This document shows, one piece after another, positions 50,136-59,811 of a DNA stretch of 64,000 bases. The stretch is from the NCBI GenBank assembly GCA_965228575.1, contig CBDDHW010000007.1, positions 6,076 through 70,075 of the forward strand. Direction: 5' to 3'. Both the position numbers and the translations under genes were made by a program. This stretch comes from Rhodospirillaceae bacterium (GTDB lineage Bacteria; Pseudomonadota; Alphaproteobacteria; Rhodospirillales; Rhodospirillaceae). Each line of letters starts with the position of its first letter. Position 1 is the first letter of the stretch. The notes below the pieces were generated by a model. The model searched no databases and was not told where the DNA came from. It saw only the letters and a list, made by a program, of their open reading frames with translations.

Positions 50136-51374
50136 ATGTCGGACACCGCGAAGCCTGATATCGGCGGGGGCGCAAAGCCTCCCGCTAAACCCCAATTTCT
50201 GCGGTCGCTGGTCGAAGCCATGGGCAAATGGCGCCAGGCGCCTGAGGAAGGGGTCAATCTCGTTGTTGTGAGTGCGGCGAGTTCGCTGCCCGAGGCAAAA
50301 CGAAGCGAAGCTCTCGTTGCGCAGATGAGTGACGGCGTTTCATCAATCGCCGCCAAGCGCAATGGCACCTGCTATCAGGTTTCGGATAGCGATTTCGCAA
50401 TTTTAATTAAGGTCTCCGAAAGTGCGTTGGTGGCGTTGGTGCGCGATCTCAAGGTCGAAATGTTGCGCACTATTGAAAAATCCTACCCTGGAAGCTTCGG
50501 GACAATCGACCAAAGCCGTTTGGTCCTGAGTTACGATCTCACCAATAATTATCGGTCGGCCGCCGACCGTATGGCGCGGTATGCCGAGCTTGCCCAGAAA
50601 GCGGTGGAAGACAACGATACGAAAGACCGCAAACTCCGAGCTTTGACCACGGCAGATATCAAAAAGGTGATGTCGGCCTACGAAAAATTTGGCAACGAGA
50701 AGTTCATCAAGGCGTTTGTGCGCACGCAAGATGTCATGTTGAACATCACCGGTAAGGACCCCGAAAAAGTCCTAACTGAATATTTCATCAGTATGGATTT
50801 ATTGCGTAAACCATTGTTTGTCGACGTGGAGATGCGCGGGTCTGGGCGTTTGTTTAACGAGTTTACGCTGGTGTTAGATCAAATCTTGCTTCGCGCGTTT
50901 AACGAGATGCACACAACGAACGAACGGTGCTCGGTTAATCTCAATGTCGAGAGTGTTTTTACGGAAGCTTTTGAAGAATTCATCGATAGAACACCTGCCG
51001 ATGTGTTGTCCCAAGTCGTTTTCGAATTTCGCCAATCGAACATTGTAGAGAATTTCGATGAATTCCAGGTGGCGCGCGGTCTGATCAACTCAAAGGGAGC
51101 GCATATCGCGGTTGATCAAATTTTCCCGCAAACGGTGGGTTTGGTCGATGTTGATTACATCGGCGCGACCATGGCCAAGATTCATTGGCGCAATGGGGCT
51201 GAGGAAATCTTGAAGGAACGCGAGCGCGCCATCAAGTACATGTTGGATTGCAACGTCCTGCCCATTCTCATTCGCGTGGACAATGAGCGCGCACTGGATG
51301 TTGGTGAGAGAATGGGAATCAATATGTATCAGGGCTTTCTGATCGACGATATGCTCAAAGAGAAATCAGCTTGA
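50136..51374 (+). CDS. Hypothetical protein with an unknown N-terminal domain and a degenerate EAL-like C-terminal domain
   Basis: 412 aa. By-eye alignment to EAL blocks: SVNLNVES (NxS), VVFEFRQS (ExTE), HIAVDQIFPQT (DDFGTG), MAKIHW (KxD), ILIRVDNE (EGVE) and NMYQGFLI (QGY). Confidence 0.5.
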   Translation: MSDTAKPDIGGGAKPPAKPQFLRSLVEAMGKWRQAPEEGVNLVVVSAASSLPEAKRSEALVAQMSDGVSSIAAKRNGTCYQVSDSDFAILIKVSESALVALVRDLKVEMLRTIEKSYPGSFGTIDQSRLVLSYDLTNNYRSAADRMARYAELAQKAVEDNDTKDRKLRALTTADIKKVMSAYEKFGNEKFIKAFVRTQDVMLNITGKDPEKVLTEYFISMDLLRKPLFVDVEMRGSGRLFNEFTLVLDQILLRAFNEMHTTNERCSVNLNVESVFTEAFEEFIDRTPADVLSQVVFEFRQSNIVENFDEFQVARGLINSKGAHIAVDQIFPQTVGLVDVDYIGATMAKIHWRNGAEEILKERERAIKYMLDCNVLPILIRVDNERALDVGERMGINMYQGFLIDDMLKEKSA

Positions 51375-51479
51375 GTCTTGTCGTTATTTCACCCTTCCGA
51401 GTGTCTAGAAAACGTCACAAATAGTGCGTACCCTTTTCGGACAATGCGGTCCAACTCCATGGGTATGAGGTGATGCGCC

Positions 51480-53630
51480 GTGCGCATCCAAACTAAACTT
51501 TTTCTTCTCTTGCTTGTTATTGCGATCGTCCCGCTTGTTGCACTCAATTGGCGCGGGGAACGTGCGACCGAAAACTTCGGGCAAGCGGTTGTCGACCAAG
51601 GCCGAAGTGCCGTCGTCCAGGGTATTGAGAATCAGCTGTCTCAGGCGATCACGTATTCGTCCGAGTTGCTCACCGCTCAGCAGCGGCAAGTGGAAATCGC
51701 GCTGCGCTTGCAGGCGGAGGCGGCCTCGCGCCTTCTTTCTTCGTCAGTGTCCGTCGGCGAGGCGCCGCAATTTTATATGGCGGAAGACTTTGATACGCCG
51801 CGCACCCAACCCCCTGACACAGAATTGACCTTGGACCATGCCATTGTCTCGCCGGAAGGTGCGATGCAAGCAGTGCCTGTTTCTATGGGTCATCAGGCTT
51901 TTCTATTGGCTCCAGGTGTCGCGCAGGCAGAGGTTGAAGAGTCCCTATTGCGCCTGCTTCCGCTCACTGCGACATACAAGAATATTCACCAAACGAGCGA
52001 GGGTCTGTTCTATTGGCAATATGTAAGTCTTCGCGAGGGACTTCACTCCGCGTATCCGGGGCACGGTGGGTATCCGCCCAATTATGACCCCCGCAAGCGT
52101 GCATGGTATGCGTCTGCCCTTGAGGCCGATGGTCTTGTATGGACACCCCCGTTTTTTGACGCTGCGACACGTCGCCTTTTATTAACTGCTTCGGTGCCGA
52201 TTTACTCCGTGGACGGCGCTCAAATTGGCGTGACCGGTATCGACGTCGATATATTAAAAGTGCTCGGCGATATTCATGGACGTGTTCAAGTCGGTGAAAA
52301 TGCCGAAAGCTTTATCGTCACCGTATCAACTGACGACGGTGCGCCCACCCTCAGGGCGCTCGCATCGAGCTCCCATCAAGATGCGGGGATGTCTTGGGAT
52401 GCTATGCCCACGACAATGGAGGTGCTATCCGGTGACGAATCGGGCGCTGGAGACCTCATCGACGACTTGATCGAAGGGCGTAGCGGTGTGCGGCGTTTGC
52501 CTTATCAGGGTCGTCAATCGCTTTGGGTGTATAGCGGTTTAGGCCAGGGCACGACTGGGCTCCTTTCCATCGTACCGCTCGACGATATTGAAGAAATTGC
52601 TGCGCGCTCTCAGTCGGCTGTCACGGAGGCGGTTTTTGAGCAAGTTCGCCTCGCGGGAATAGCGCTGACAACATTAATCGTCGTGGTCGCTTTGTTGGCG
52701 ATGTTGGCCGCGCGCTCGGTTACCAGCCCGCTGCGCGCCCTGGCGATGACTGCGAAGGGTTTGGCGGACGGAAATCTCGACGCGCGAGCATCGGTTAAAA
52801 GCTCGGACGAAGTCGGTGAACTTGCGAATACATTTAATGCGATGATTCCCCAACTTCGCAGCCACATTTCGGTGATGGAATCCCTGACCCTTGCGCGCGA
52901 GGTCCAGCAGAAACTTCTTCCCACATCTGCGATATCCCTCCCCGGGGTGGAGTTTGCTGGTCGGTGTGTCTACAGCGAAGACGTCGGTGGCGACTATTAC
53001 GATTTCATCCACTTTGATGACGATCCAAACTCGCAGCGTGCAGGCATTGTGGTTGGCGATGTCGCGGGACATGGAGTTGTTGCAGCACTCACGATGACGT
53101 CGGTTCGTGCGTTGCTTCGGAGTCATGCCGGCGACGGAAGAGATCTTTGTGTGGCCATGAATGCGGTGAACAGTCACTTGGTTGCGGATTCCGCTGGAGG
53201 CCGCTTTGTGACTTTGGTGTACGTCGTTTTGGATCCGAGCGATCGCACTATTCGATGGGTCAGCGCCGGTCATGGTCCAATTTTATTGTATGACCCGGAT
53301 CGAGAAGATTTCGAGGAGCTGGAGGTCAAAGACATCCCATTGGGTGTAAACGAAACGTGGTCATATCACGAGTGCGCGCGCGAAAATTGGCCGCCGTCTG
53401 GATTACTTATTATGGGGACCGACGGTGTTTGGGAAACGTGCAACGCAGAAGGTCAGGCGTTTGGCAAAGCCGGGCTAATGGAGGTTATCCGAGCCGTGGC
53501 ACATCTTTCTGCCGAAGACATATGCAATAAAATCATCGAGACCTTAGAGCGATTTGCGGATGGAGAGCCTCAGCGCGACGATGTGACTCTTGTTGTCGCA
53601 AAATTTCTACCCCCGCACCACGCGAAATAA
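51480..53630 (+). CDS. Sensor phosphatase: TM-periplasmic Cache-like domain-TM-HAMP-PP2C/SpoIIE domain
   Basis: 716 aa. GTG start, N-terminal TM, a ~330-aa periplasmic region with dCache-like YDPRKRAWY and LLLTASVPIY, HAMP (SPLRALAMTAKGLADGNLD...DEVGELANTFNAM), and PP2C motifs GGDYYDF, VVGDVAGHGVVAAL, GTDGVWE and DDVTLVV. Confidence 0.8.
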   Translation: MRIQTKLFLLLLVIAIVPLVALNWRGERATENFGQAVVDQGRSAVVQGIENQLSQAITYSSELLTAQQRQVEIALRLQAEAASRLLSSSVSVGEAPQFYMAEDFDTPRTQPPDTELTLDHAIVSPEGAMQAVPVSMGHQAFLLAPGVAQAEVEESLLRLLPLTATYKNIHQTSEGLFYWQYVSLREGLHSAYPGHGGYPPNYDPRKRAWYASALEADGLVWTPPFFDAATRRLLLTASVPIYSVDGAQIGVTGIDVDILKVLGDIHGRVQVGENAESFIVTVSTDDGAPTLRALASSSHQDAGMSWDAMPTTMEVLSGDESGAGDLIDDLIEGRSGVRRLPYQGRQSLWVYSGLGQGTTGLLSIVPLDDIEEIAARSQSAVTEAVFEQVRLAGIALTTLIVVVALLAMLAARSVTSPLRALAMTAKGLADGNLDARASVKSSDEVGELANTFNAMIPQLRSHISVMESLTLAREVQQKLLPTSAISLPGVEFAGRCVYSEDVGGDYYDFIHFDDDPNSQRAGIVVGDVAGHGVVAALTMTSVRALLRSHAGDGRDLCVAMNAVNSHLVADSAGGRFVTLVYVVLDPSDRTIRWVSAGHGPILLYDPDREDFEELEVKDIPLGVNETWSYHECARENWPPSGLLIMGTDGVWETCNAEGQAFGKAGLMEVIRAVAHLSAEDICNKIIETLERFADGEPQRDDVTLVVAKFLPPHHAK

Positions 53631-53633
53631 ATT

Positions 53634-54059
53634 ATGCCTCTGCACCTGATTAAACTCGCGGTGGGGATAGAAGATATTGATCATCTTCGTGAGCGGCAGC
53701 GCGCTTATAAAGAAACCAAGGGAAACTTAAGGCACAAGACTCGAATGATGCCGCGACGGCGTGAGGACGTGCTTGACGGAGGTTCCCTGTATTGGGTTAT
53801 CCGCGGCTCTATTTTGGTTCGCAATCCTGTTATTGGTTTTCGGGAGGAAACCGACAGCGAAGGGCGAAGTTTGTGTGTCATTGAGCTGGAAGATTCTCAC
53901 ACATTGGTGAGGCCGACCGCGCGCCGTCCCTTTCAGGGATGGCGATATCTCTCCGCGGATGCGGCGCCTCCGGATCTTACGCGATTGACGGACTCCGGGA
54001 TCGATCCATCCATGCCGAGCGAAATGCGGAGAGAGTTGAGCAGATTGGGGCTGATTTAG
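53634..54059 (+). CDS. DUF1489 domain-containing protein
   Basis: 141 aa, MPLHLIKLAVGIEDIDHL...SLYWVI family pattern. Confidence 0.8.
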   Translation: MPLHLIKLAVGIEDIDHLRERQRAYKETKGNLRHKTRMMPRRREDVLDGGSLYWVIRGSILVRNPVIGFREETDSEGRSLCVIELEDSHTLVRPTARRPFQGWRYLSADAAPPDLTRLTDSGIDPSMPSEMRRELSRLGLI

Positions 54060-54075
54060 GGGGCGAGGAAAAAGA

Positions 54076-54963
54076 TCACGGCAACATAAGAAGCGGGAGT
54101 CCCATCGCCATGATGGCAATTCCCACAAGCTTCGGAGCGGTTATGCGTTCGTTGAACATGATGCGCCCGAGAATCAACGACCCGATCATGCCTATGGCAC
54201 GTTTAAAGAGTTCGACAATTGCAACAAGTGCGATCTGATATGCGGCTAATTGAAACCCGTATGCCAGTCCAGCCGACACAGCCGCTCCGGTGAGCGGACG
54301 CACCGCCGACCGCGGTGCAATAAAGGTTCTAAAGCCGCCGGTTGCCAGAATCCATGCGCCGGTGGCCAGGCCAATGAGAAAGAGTTGTATCGATCCGTGA
54401 GCGCCAACCGAAGAATATTCAACACACAGTTTGTCGAGCGGCGGGGCTACCGACCACAAGAGCACGACCGCGAACATCGGACGGGTACCGGGCTCTGCCC
54501 GAATGTTTTCCAAAAGGCGTATGACGCTAAATTTTTCTCTTCCCGAACTGTACAAGGCCAAAAGACCGACCGTCACCAAGCCAATGCCCAGGGCCTGCTT
54601 TGTCGTGGGCCATTCTCCGAGCATGAGCCCGCTAAAAATAGCGGTCACAGCGGGAATAATGCCAAGGAGAGGTATCATGAGACTGAGCGGCGATTGGCGC
54701 AGCGCGACTATAAGCAGCAGATTTGCGGCTAGCCCAATTCCTGCAGCGGCTATTCCCGGAGCAATGTATGCTGTTGAGATGTCGACGTCGCCGCTTGAAA
54801 TCCACCAGATCGCCAAGATCGGAATCTGGCCGCAGACCATATAAAAGAGTACCAGCGGCGCCGTACAGGCAGAGGGTACTGCTTTTCGGAAGTAGTCAGA
54901 GGCGGAAAAGGCGACCGCACACGCTAGACTTAAGGTTAATGCGGGAACACCTAAGGTCAGCAT
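54076..54963 (-). CDS. DMT-superfamily (EamA) transporter
   Basis: 295 aa, 10 predicted TM helices with duplicated EamA halves. Confidence 0.8.
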   Translation of the reverse strand: MLTLGVPALTLSLACAVAFSASDYFRKAVPSACTAPLVLFYMVCGQIPILAIWWISSGDVDISTAYIAPGIAAAGIGLAANLLLIVALRQSPLSLMIPLLGIIPAVTAIFSGLMLGEWPTTKQALGIGLVTVGLLALYSSGREKFSVIRLLENIRAEPGTRPMFAVVLLWSVAPPLDKLCVEYSSVGAHGSIQLFLIGLATGAWILATGGFRTFIAPRSAVRPLTGAAVSAGLAYGFQLAAYQIALVAIVELFKRAIGMIGSLILGRIMFNERITAPKLVGIAIMAMGLPLLMLP

Positions 54964-55070
54964 GCTTGGTATACCAATCGGTCACTTTCCCACGGTGTGG
55001 TCGGATAGCGGCAAAGTTTAGGTTTGTTGGGTATAGTGACTAGCGCGAGCAAGATAGTGCGGTTTGAGTT

Positions 55071-55490
55071 GTGATTGAGGTGGAGATGCAAAAAATAAAA
55101 AAGTCCGAAGACGAGTGGCGCGAAGTGCTAACCCCAGAGCAGTTTCACATCCTCCGGGATAAGGGCACCGAACGCCCCTTCTCTGGTGAATATAACGACT
55201 TTAAGGGCGACGGAACCTTTAAGTGTGGTGGATGCGGCCACATATTATTCAGCTCCGAAGCTAAATATGACTCTGGGTCAGGGTGGCCGAGCTTCCATTC
55301 CCCTGCGGAAGCTGGCGCCATTGATGAATACAAAGATACCAGTCATGGCATGGTGCGAACGGAGGTCACGTGCTCGAATTGTGGTGGTCATCTAGGCCAT
55401 GTGTTTCCTGATGGACCTGCGCCAACAGGCCAGCGCTATTGCATCAATTCTTTGTCCCTAGCGTTCGAAGGAAATAAAGAGTCAAAATGA
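55071..55490 (+). CDS. msrB: Peptide-methionine (R)-S-oxide reductase
   Basis: [10 protein letters not shown], CxxC pairs ([20 protein letters not shown]) and RYCINS. The start may be ATG 55086. Confidence 0.92.
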   Translation: MIEVEMQKIKKSEDEWREVLTPEQFHILRDKGTERPFSGEYNDFKGDGTFKCGGCGHILFSSEAKYDSGSGWPSFHSPAEAGAIDEYKDTSHGMVRTEVTCSNCGGHLGHVFPDGPAPTGQRYCINSLSLAFEGNKESK

Positions 55491-55497
55491 GCGGGGT

Positions 55498-55959
55498 TTA
55501 TCCCCGGCCTCGATAAGGTGCGACACCTTGGTCAGGGACCCATAGGCTGCCGGGAAGCGTTCCAGATTGCCAGAAAACGTCTATGGGAATGCCGCCTCGA
55601 GGGTACCAGTACCCACCGATGCGGAGCCATTTCGGACTGACAGCGCTCACAATTCGCTTACCGATGAAAATTGTGCAGTCTTCATGAAAGGCGCCGTGAT
55701 TTCGAAATGAGGCCAAAAAAAGTTTGAGAGATTTTGACTCAACGAGCACGTCGTTTGGTGCGTAATCAATAACGAGATGTGCAAAATCCGGCTGATTGGT
55801 GACGGGGCAAAGTGCCGTAAATTCTGGACAGGTAAAGCGGACGAGGTAATCGGTGTCCATGTGAGGATTGGGAACGGTTTCCAAATGCGCTCCGTCTGGA
55901 GATTCAGGACTCTCCGAATTTTGTCCTAGGTGCGTGAGGTGGTCGTAATCGGTGGGCAT
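55498..55959 (-). CDS. queF: NADPH-dependent 7-cyano-7-deazaguanine reductase (type I)
   Basis: 153 aa with [17 protein letters not shown] and AFHE motifs. Confidence 0.9.
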   Translation of the reverse strand: MPTDYDHLTHLGQNSESPESPDGAHLETVPNPHMDTDYLVRFTCPEFTALCPVTNQPDFAHLVIDYAPNDVLVESKSLKLFLASFRNHGAFHEDCTIFIGKRIVSAVSPKWLRIGGYWYPRGGIPIDVFWQSGTLPGSLWVPDQGVAPYRGRG

Positions 55960-56087
55960 GAGCGAGAATCCGGTCCTCTAATAGGTAAAGCGTGATGTAT
56001 CGGCGTTGGTGATTTCTATTCGGCGCAAATTTGGGCTTTGAGCGAATTCACCTTGCTTGATCGCTACAATACCCCTAGGTGACTCGA

Positions 56088-56321
56088 ATGTCCCAGTCAC
56101 AAGACGAAATGATTGCGTCCCCATGCATTAGCGTTTGCACCGTCGATCGGGTGCGTGGAATGTGTATTGGATGTCTGCGAACCCTCGATGAGATTGGTGG
56201 GTGGCGGATAATGACCATCGAGCAGAAAAAGGCCGTAATCGAAGCGTGCGCCGAGCGTGCGAAAGTTTTTTCGCCCCGCGACAAAAGCGGAGTCCCGTTA
56301 AAGACCTCACCGAAAGATTGA
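56088..56321 (+). CDS. DUF1289 (YdhL-like) Cys-rich protein
   Basis: SPCISVCTVDRVRGMCIGCLRTLDEIGGW family signature. Confidence 0.8.
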   Translation: MSQSQDEMIASPCISVCTVDRVRGMCIGCLRTLDEIGGWRIMTIEQKKAVIEACAERAKVFSPRDKSGVPLKTSPKD

Positions 56322-56461
56322 AGCGATTCTCCACATTGGGGAATCTCAGGCTAAAATCAGGCCTGAAAATATCAGAGGATTCCTCACTTTTTGCACTACA
56401 TTTGGTGTCCATAATCCCAGTTGGTACAATTTATTGTTATCTAGCTGATCGAGTCTGAACC

Positions 56462-56734
56462 ATGGACCAAGGACCTTCAGTGTCGCAGGCCATCGAGGTT
56501 GTGCGAAAAGTGCGCGATGCGGCGGTAGCGATTCCGCCCGTCGCTATCCCGTCCGCCCTAGACGATCTTCAGGGTATTGTCGCGCGCGCAATTTCCATGG
56601 CGCGGGCGTCCGGGCGAGACTATGTCGCACAAAGTCACCTTGCCGCTGCCGCGGTGGCGCAGGTCCGTCCGGATTTAACGCCGGTCCAGGTGTTCGACGC
56701 CGTTCGGAGGGTGCGCGAACACAACGCGGTTTAA
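56462..56734 (+). CDS. Hypothetical protein (90 aa)
   Basis: ORF only, Ala/Val-rich, with no motif. Could be spurious. Confidence 0.3.
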   Translation: MDQGPSVSQAIEVVRKVRDAAVAIPPVAIPSALDDLQGIVARAISMARASGRDYVAQSHLAAAAVAQVRPDLTPVQVFDAVRRVREHNAV

Positions 56735-56781
56735 GCAAAGCCTTCTTTTTTTGACCTGACGCCGCGTGGTGCGGCTTTCTG

Positions 56782-57561
56782 TCACGCGCGCTGAGCAACA
56801 ATAAAAATTCGACGGACCGCAAATACGGTTTCGCCGTTTTTCTCGCGGGGATAATGAGGGCTGATGGCTGCTGAATAGTCGTCTAGGAACTCTGAGCGCC
56901 CCGTGCCGTCCAGTTGGCTGAGGACTGGTGTTAAACCCGCACCCGACATCCATTCAATAACCGGGTTTTCTCCAGACAAGATGTGGTGATACGTGGTTTC
57001 CCAAATATCGATACTGGTCGATAAGGGCCTCAATATTTCGTAGTAACGCTGAGCCGGATACTCGTCGGGATGGGGTTTTGCATCTTTCAGCCGATCCCGC
57101 CATTTGGGTAACGCTGCCACGTCCCGTATGCATTTGTGGTAAGGCGCGGAGGTCGTCATCGGCATCTGCACAGCCAGAATTCCTCCAGATTGGGCGCTCG
57201 CTAAAAGGCGAGGAAAAAGAACCTCGTGTGTACCGAGCCATTGCAAAGACGCGTTTGCGAAAACCAGAGCTGCTGCTTCGGGAGCAGACCACGTCGCAAT
57301 GTCGCCCAAGGTCCAGTTGATATTTTGCGCGCGAGCGTGTTGTTGGGCTTTCTCCAGCATATCTGCCGAAGAATCCAATCCGGTGACGTCTCGATCAGTC
57401 CAGCGATCCTTGAGCTTAACAGTTAAGTTTCCTGGACCGCATCCTAGATCATATATTGCACCGTCCTGCGCAAGGGAGAGATGGGAGATCAAATCGTCGG
57501 CCGGGCGGGCCCGATACGCCGCGAATTGCAGATATGTATTTGGATCCCAAATGCCTGACAT
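56782..57561 (-). CDS. tam: Trans-aconitate 2-methyltransferase
   Basis: 259 aa with WDPNTYLQFAAYRARPADDLISHL and SAM motif YDLGCGPGN. Confidence 0.8.
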   Translation of the reverse strand: MSGIWDPNTYLQFAAYRARPADDLISHLSLAQDGAIYDLGCGPGNLTVKLKDRWTDRDVTGLDSSADMLEKAQQHARAQNINWTLGDIATWSAPEAAALVFANASLQWLGTHEVLFPRLLASAQSGGILAVQMPMTTSAPYHKCIRDVAALPKWRDRLKDAKPHPDEYPAQRYYEILRPLSTSIDIWETTYHHILSGENPVIEWMSGAGLTPVLSQLDGTGRSEFLDDYSAAISPHYPREKNGETVFAVRRIFIVAQRA

Positions 57562-57606
57562 GAATTGGAGTCCTATCGGAGCCTATAATGACACCAGGTC
57601 AAATCC

Positions 57607-58716
57607 CTACGAGTTGGGCTGAGTGTCATCTAAGAATGCCGCTAAGGGAGGTTGCGCAAGCCCGGCTGCATTTCCTCCACGCTCGATCGCATCTTCTAGA
57701 GCTTGCTCGGCGCGTCGGAGAATATCTCCCGCCCATCTATCATTGTCGTGGAGCTCAGCTGCTCCTATCGAGATTGTAAATGACAAGCTCTCTCCATTCG
57801 CACTTACTTTAAGGTGAGAAATTTCCTTACACATCCGCTGCGCTAAAGTTATTGCGCCGTGTCCTTCTGTCTCAGGAAGGAGGGCGAGAAAGCGATGAGG
57901 GCTTAAACGACCAAAGCTGTCACAATGGCGCATGATTACAACGCAATACCCACTTAAGACTTGAGCAATGGAATCGGTTGCTTGGGCACCCCAGGTTGAG
58001 TTCAATTTCTCGTAGTTGTCGATATCCAACATGAGGCACGAGAATGGTTCTTCGTACCGTCGGGCCCTCGCAAGCTCATTTTGAGCGAGCAAGTTTATAT
58101 GCGCACGGTTTGAGACGCCGGTTAAATTGTCGGAAGTCGCTCGTCTTTCTAATTCTCTGCCGAGAGTGAACGCCTTGCGCCGTGCTTGTTCTAAGGCCCA
58201 GGCGAGGAGGGAAACGGCAGCGAGGAGAGGAAGCCACAACAATAGAGCCAAAGGCGCCGAAAACTCGGAATTACCGAGTGGAACAATTAACCAGCTCCCC
58301 GCAATGCCCATGCTTGCTGTTATGGCCAGCGCGAGCGCGGCGGCTCGCAGGTGCTCGGCAATGAGAACAACAACAATAGTCGAGGAAGCAAGCAAGAACG
58401 CAAACACAAGCGTGGCTGCGACGGGAGTGTTTACGCTGACAGCTAAAGTTTGCGAACTTAAGACAAAGGCTGTGAGGGCTGGAACACCATCGAATTTAAA
58501 AATATTGCCCGGGTAAAAAGTCAGGGCAAAAATGAGCGCTACAGAAACCGCGAACGTGAGAGACAACGCGGCAGGGTTTATTAGGGACGCTGGCCCACTT
58601 AAGTGCCAGCCAATGGTCACATAAAAGACTGTGGCGGCTACCAGCAAAGTTCGTTGCTGCAGCAGGTTTGCGCTCGACCGGCTTTGTTTATAGGTGGCGC
58701 TCGAACTTAGCTTCAT
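57607..58716 (-). CDS. Multi-TM protein with a degenerate GGDEF domain
   Basis: About 6 TM helices, then a GGDEF fold (LTGVSNRAHI..., LMLDIDNYEKLNSTWGAQATD...). The signature reads GRLSPHRFLALLPE instead of GGEEF. Confidence 0.7.
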   Translation of the reverse strand: MKLSSSATYKQSRSSANLLQQRTLLVAATVFYVTIGWHLSGPASLINPAALSLTFAVSVALIFALTFYPGNIFKFDGVPALTAFVLSSQTLAVSVNTPVAATLVFAFLLASSTIVVVLIAEHLRAAALALAITASMGIAGSWLIVPLGNSEFSAPLALLLWLPLLAAVSLLAWALEQARRKAFTLGRELERRATSDNLTGVSNRAHINLLAQNELARARRYEEPFSCLMLDIDNYEKLNSTWGAQATDSIAQVLSGYCVVIMRHCDSFGRLSPHRFLALLPETEGHGAITLAQRMCKEISHLKVSANGESLSFTISIGAAELHDNDRWAGDILRRAEQALEDAIERGGNAAGLAQPPLAAFLDDTQPNS

Positions 58717-58845
58717 TCTGTATCCGGCGTTTTGACCAACGATAAATTTGCGCGCGAACACTAGCACAGTTCGGAGGATGGAGTGTCCAAATCCACGAGC
58801 GTGTAGGTTTAAATTCTAGCTGAATATGCAACCCAAAAAAGGAAG

Positions 58846-59811
58846 CTAATGTATGCGGGTCAGAGCGACTCTAGATGTGGTTTGATCTTGTCCTGAGACT
58901 TTAGCATCGAACATAGCGTGCGTTGCTCTCAATAGAAGCTTTTGCGCAGTGGCGACCGGATCATCGTCCTTTTTAATTTCGCACACCGAAACACCGCATG
59001 TAGCTGTAAGCATGTGCTGACCCTGATCTGTCAGAATCGGACCTGTGAGCGCGTTGGCGAGAGCTCGTGTTTTTGAGAGTGCGTGGCTAGCCAATAGAAT
59101 GTCACTCATCAACAATCCGAATTCGTCGCCACCAATGCGCGCAAGAAAATCTGTTTCGGATTTATTGGGTTCAAGTCGTGTGGCGGCGACTTGCAGCGCT
59201 TCATCGCCTACATCATGCCCAAGTTTGGTATTGATGAATTTCATTCCGTCGAGGTTAAACAAGGCCACTCCAATCATCCCTCCGGCCGCCCGGCTGTCCG
59301 ACACCGACTGCGTCAACTGCTCGAGAAACGACAATCTGTTTGGAAGGCTTGTCAGGGGATCGAAATAGGCAGCTCGGGTGAGGTGTCTTTCACGACGGTG
59401 GCCTGCGATAGCATAGCGAATGGACCGATCAAGGCTCTCGACGGTTAGATCGCCTTTGACCAAAAAATCGTATGCGCCATGAGTGAGAACTTCTTCATCG
59501 ATACTTCGGTCATCGATCGCGGTGACGACAACAAAAGGAATGTCGAAGTTGTTGCGACGCGCCTCCTCCATTAAGTCCACGCCAGTATTCGGATGGAGGT
59601 GATAGTCGGCCAAGCACAAATCTATTGGCGTATGGGTCATGACTTGCAGAGCAGATGGAATGGTGTCCGCGTGATGGATGTGGGAACTCTGCACACCGAC
59701 TGTTTGCAAAAACTTCTTGATAAGAGCCGCATCCATTGCTCGATCTTCGAACACAAGAATTTGAAGGGCTTTGGTTTCGATTTGAGGATGCTTAACGGGA
59801 TGCTCGGTCAT
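58846..59811 (-). CDS. Response-regulator diguanylate cyclase (REC + GGDEF)
   Basis: 321 aa. REC has LVFEDRAMDA and acceptor context DLCLADYHL. The GGDEF domain has an intact RIGGDEFGLL. Confidence 0.85.
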   Translation of the reverse strand: MTEHPVKHPQIETKALQILVFEDRAMDAALIKKFLQTVGVQSSHIHHADTIPSALQVMTHTPIDLCLADYHLHPNTGVDLMEEARRNNFDIPFVVVTAIDDRSIDEEVLTHGAYDFLVKGDLTVESLDRSIRYAIAGHRRERHLTRAAYFDPLTSLPNRLSFLEQLTQSVSDSRAAGGMIGVALFNLDGMKFINTKLGHDVGDEALQVAATRLEPNKSETDFLARIGGDEFGLLMSDILLASHALSKTRALANALTGPILTDQGQHMLTATCGVSVCEIKKDDDPVATAQKLLLRATHAMFDAKVSGQDQTTSRVALTRIH

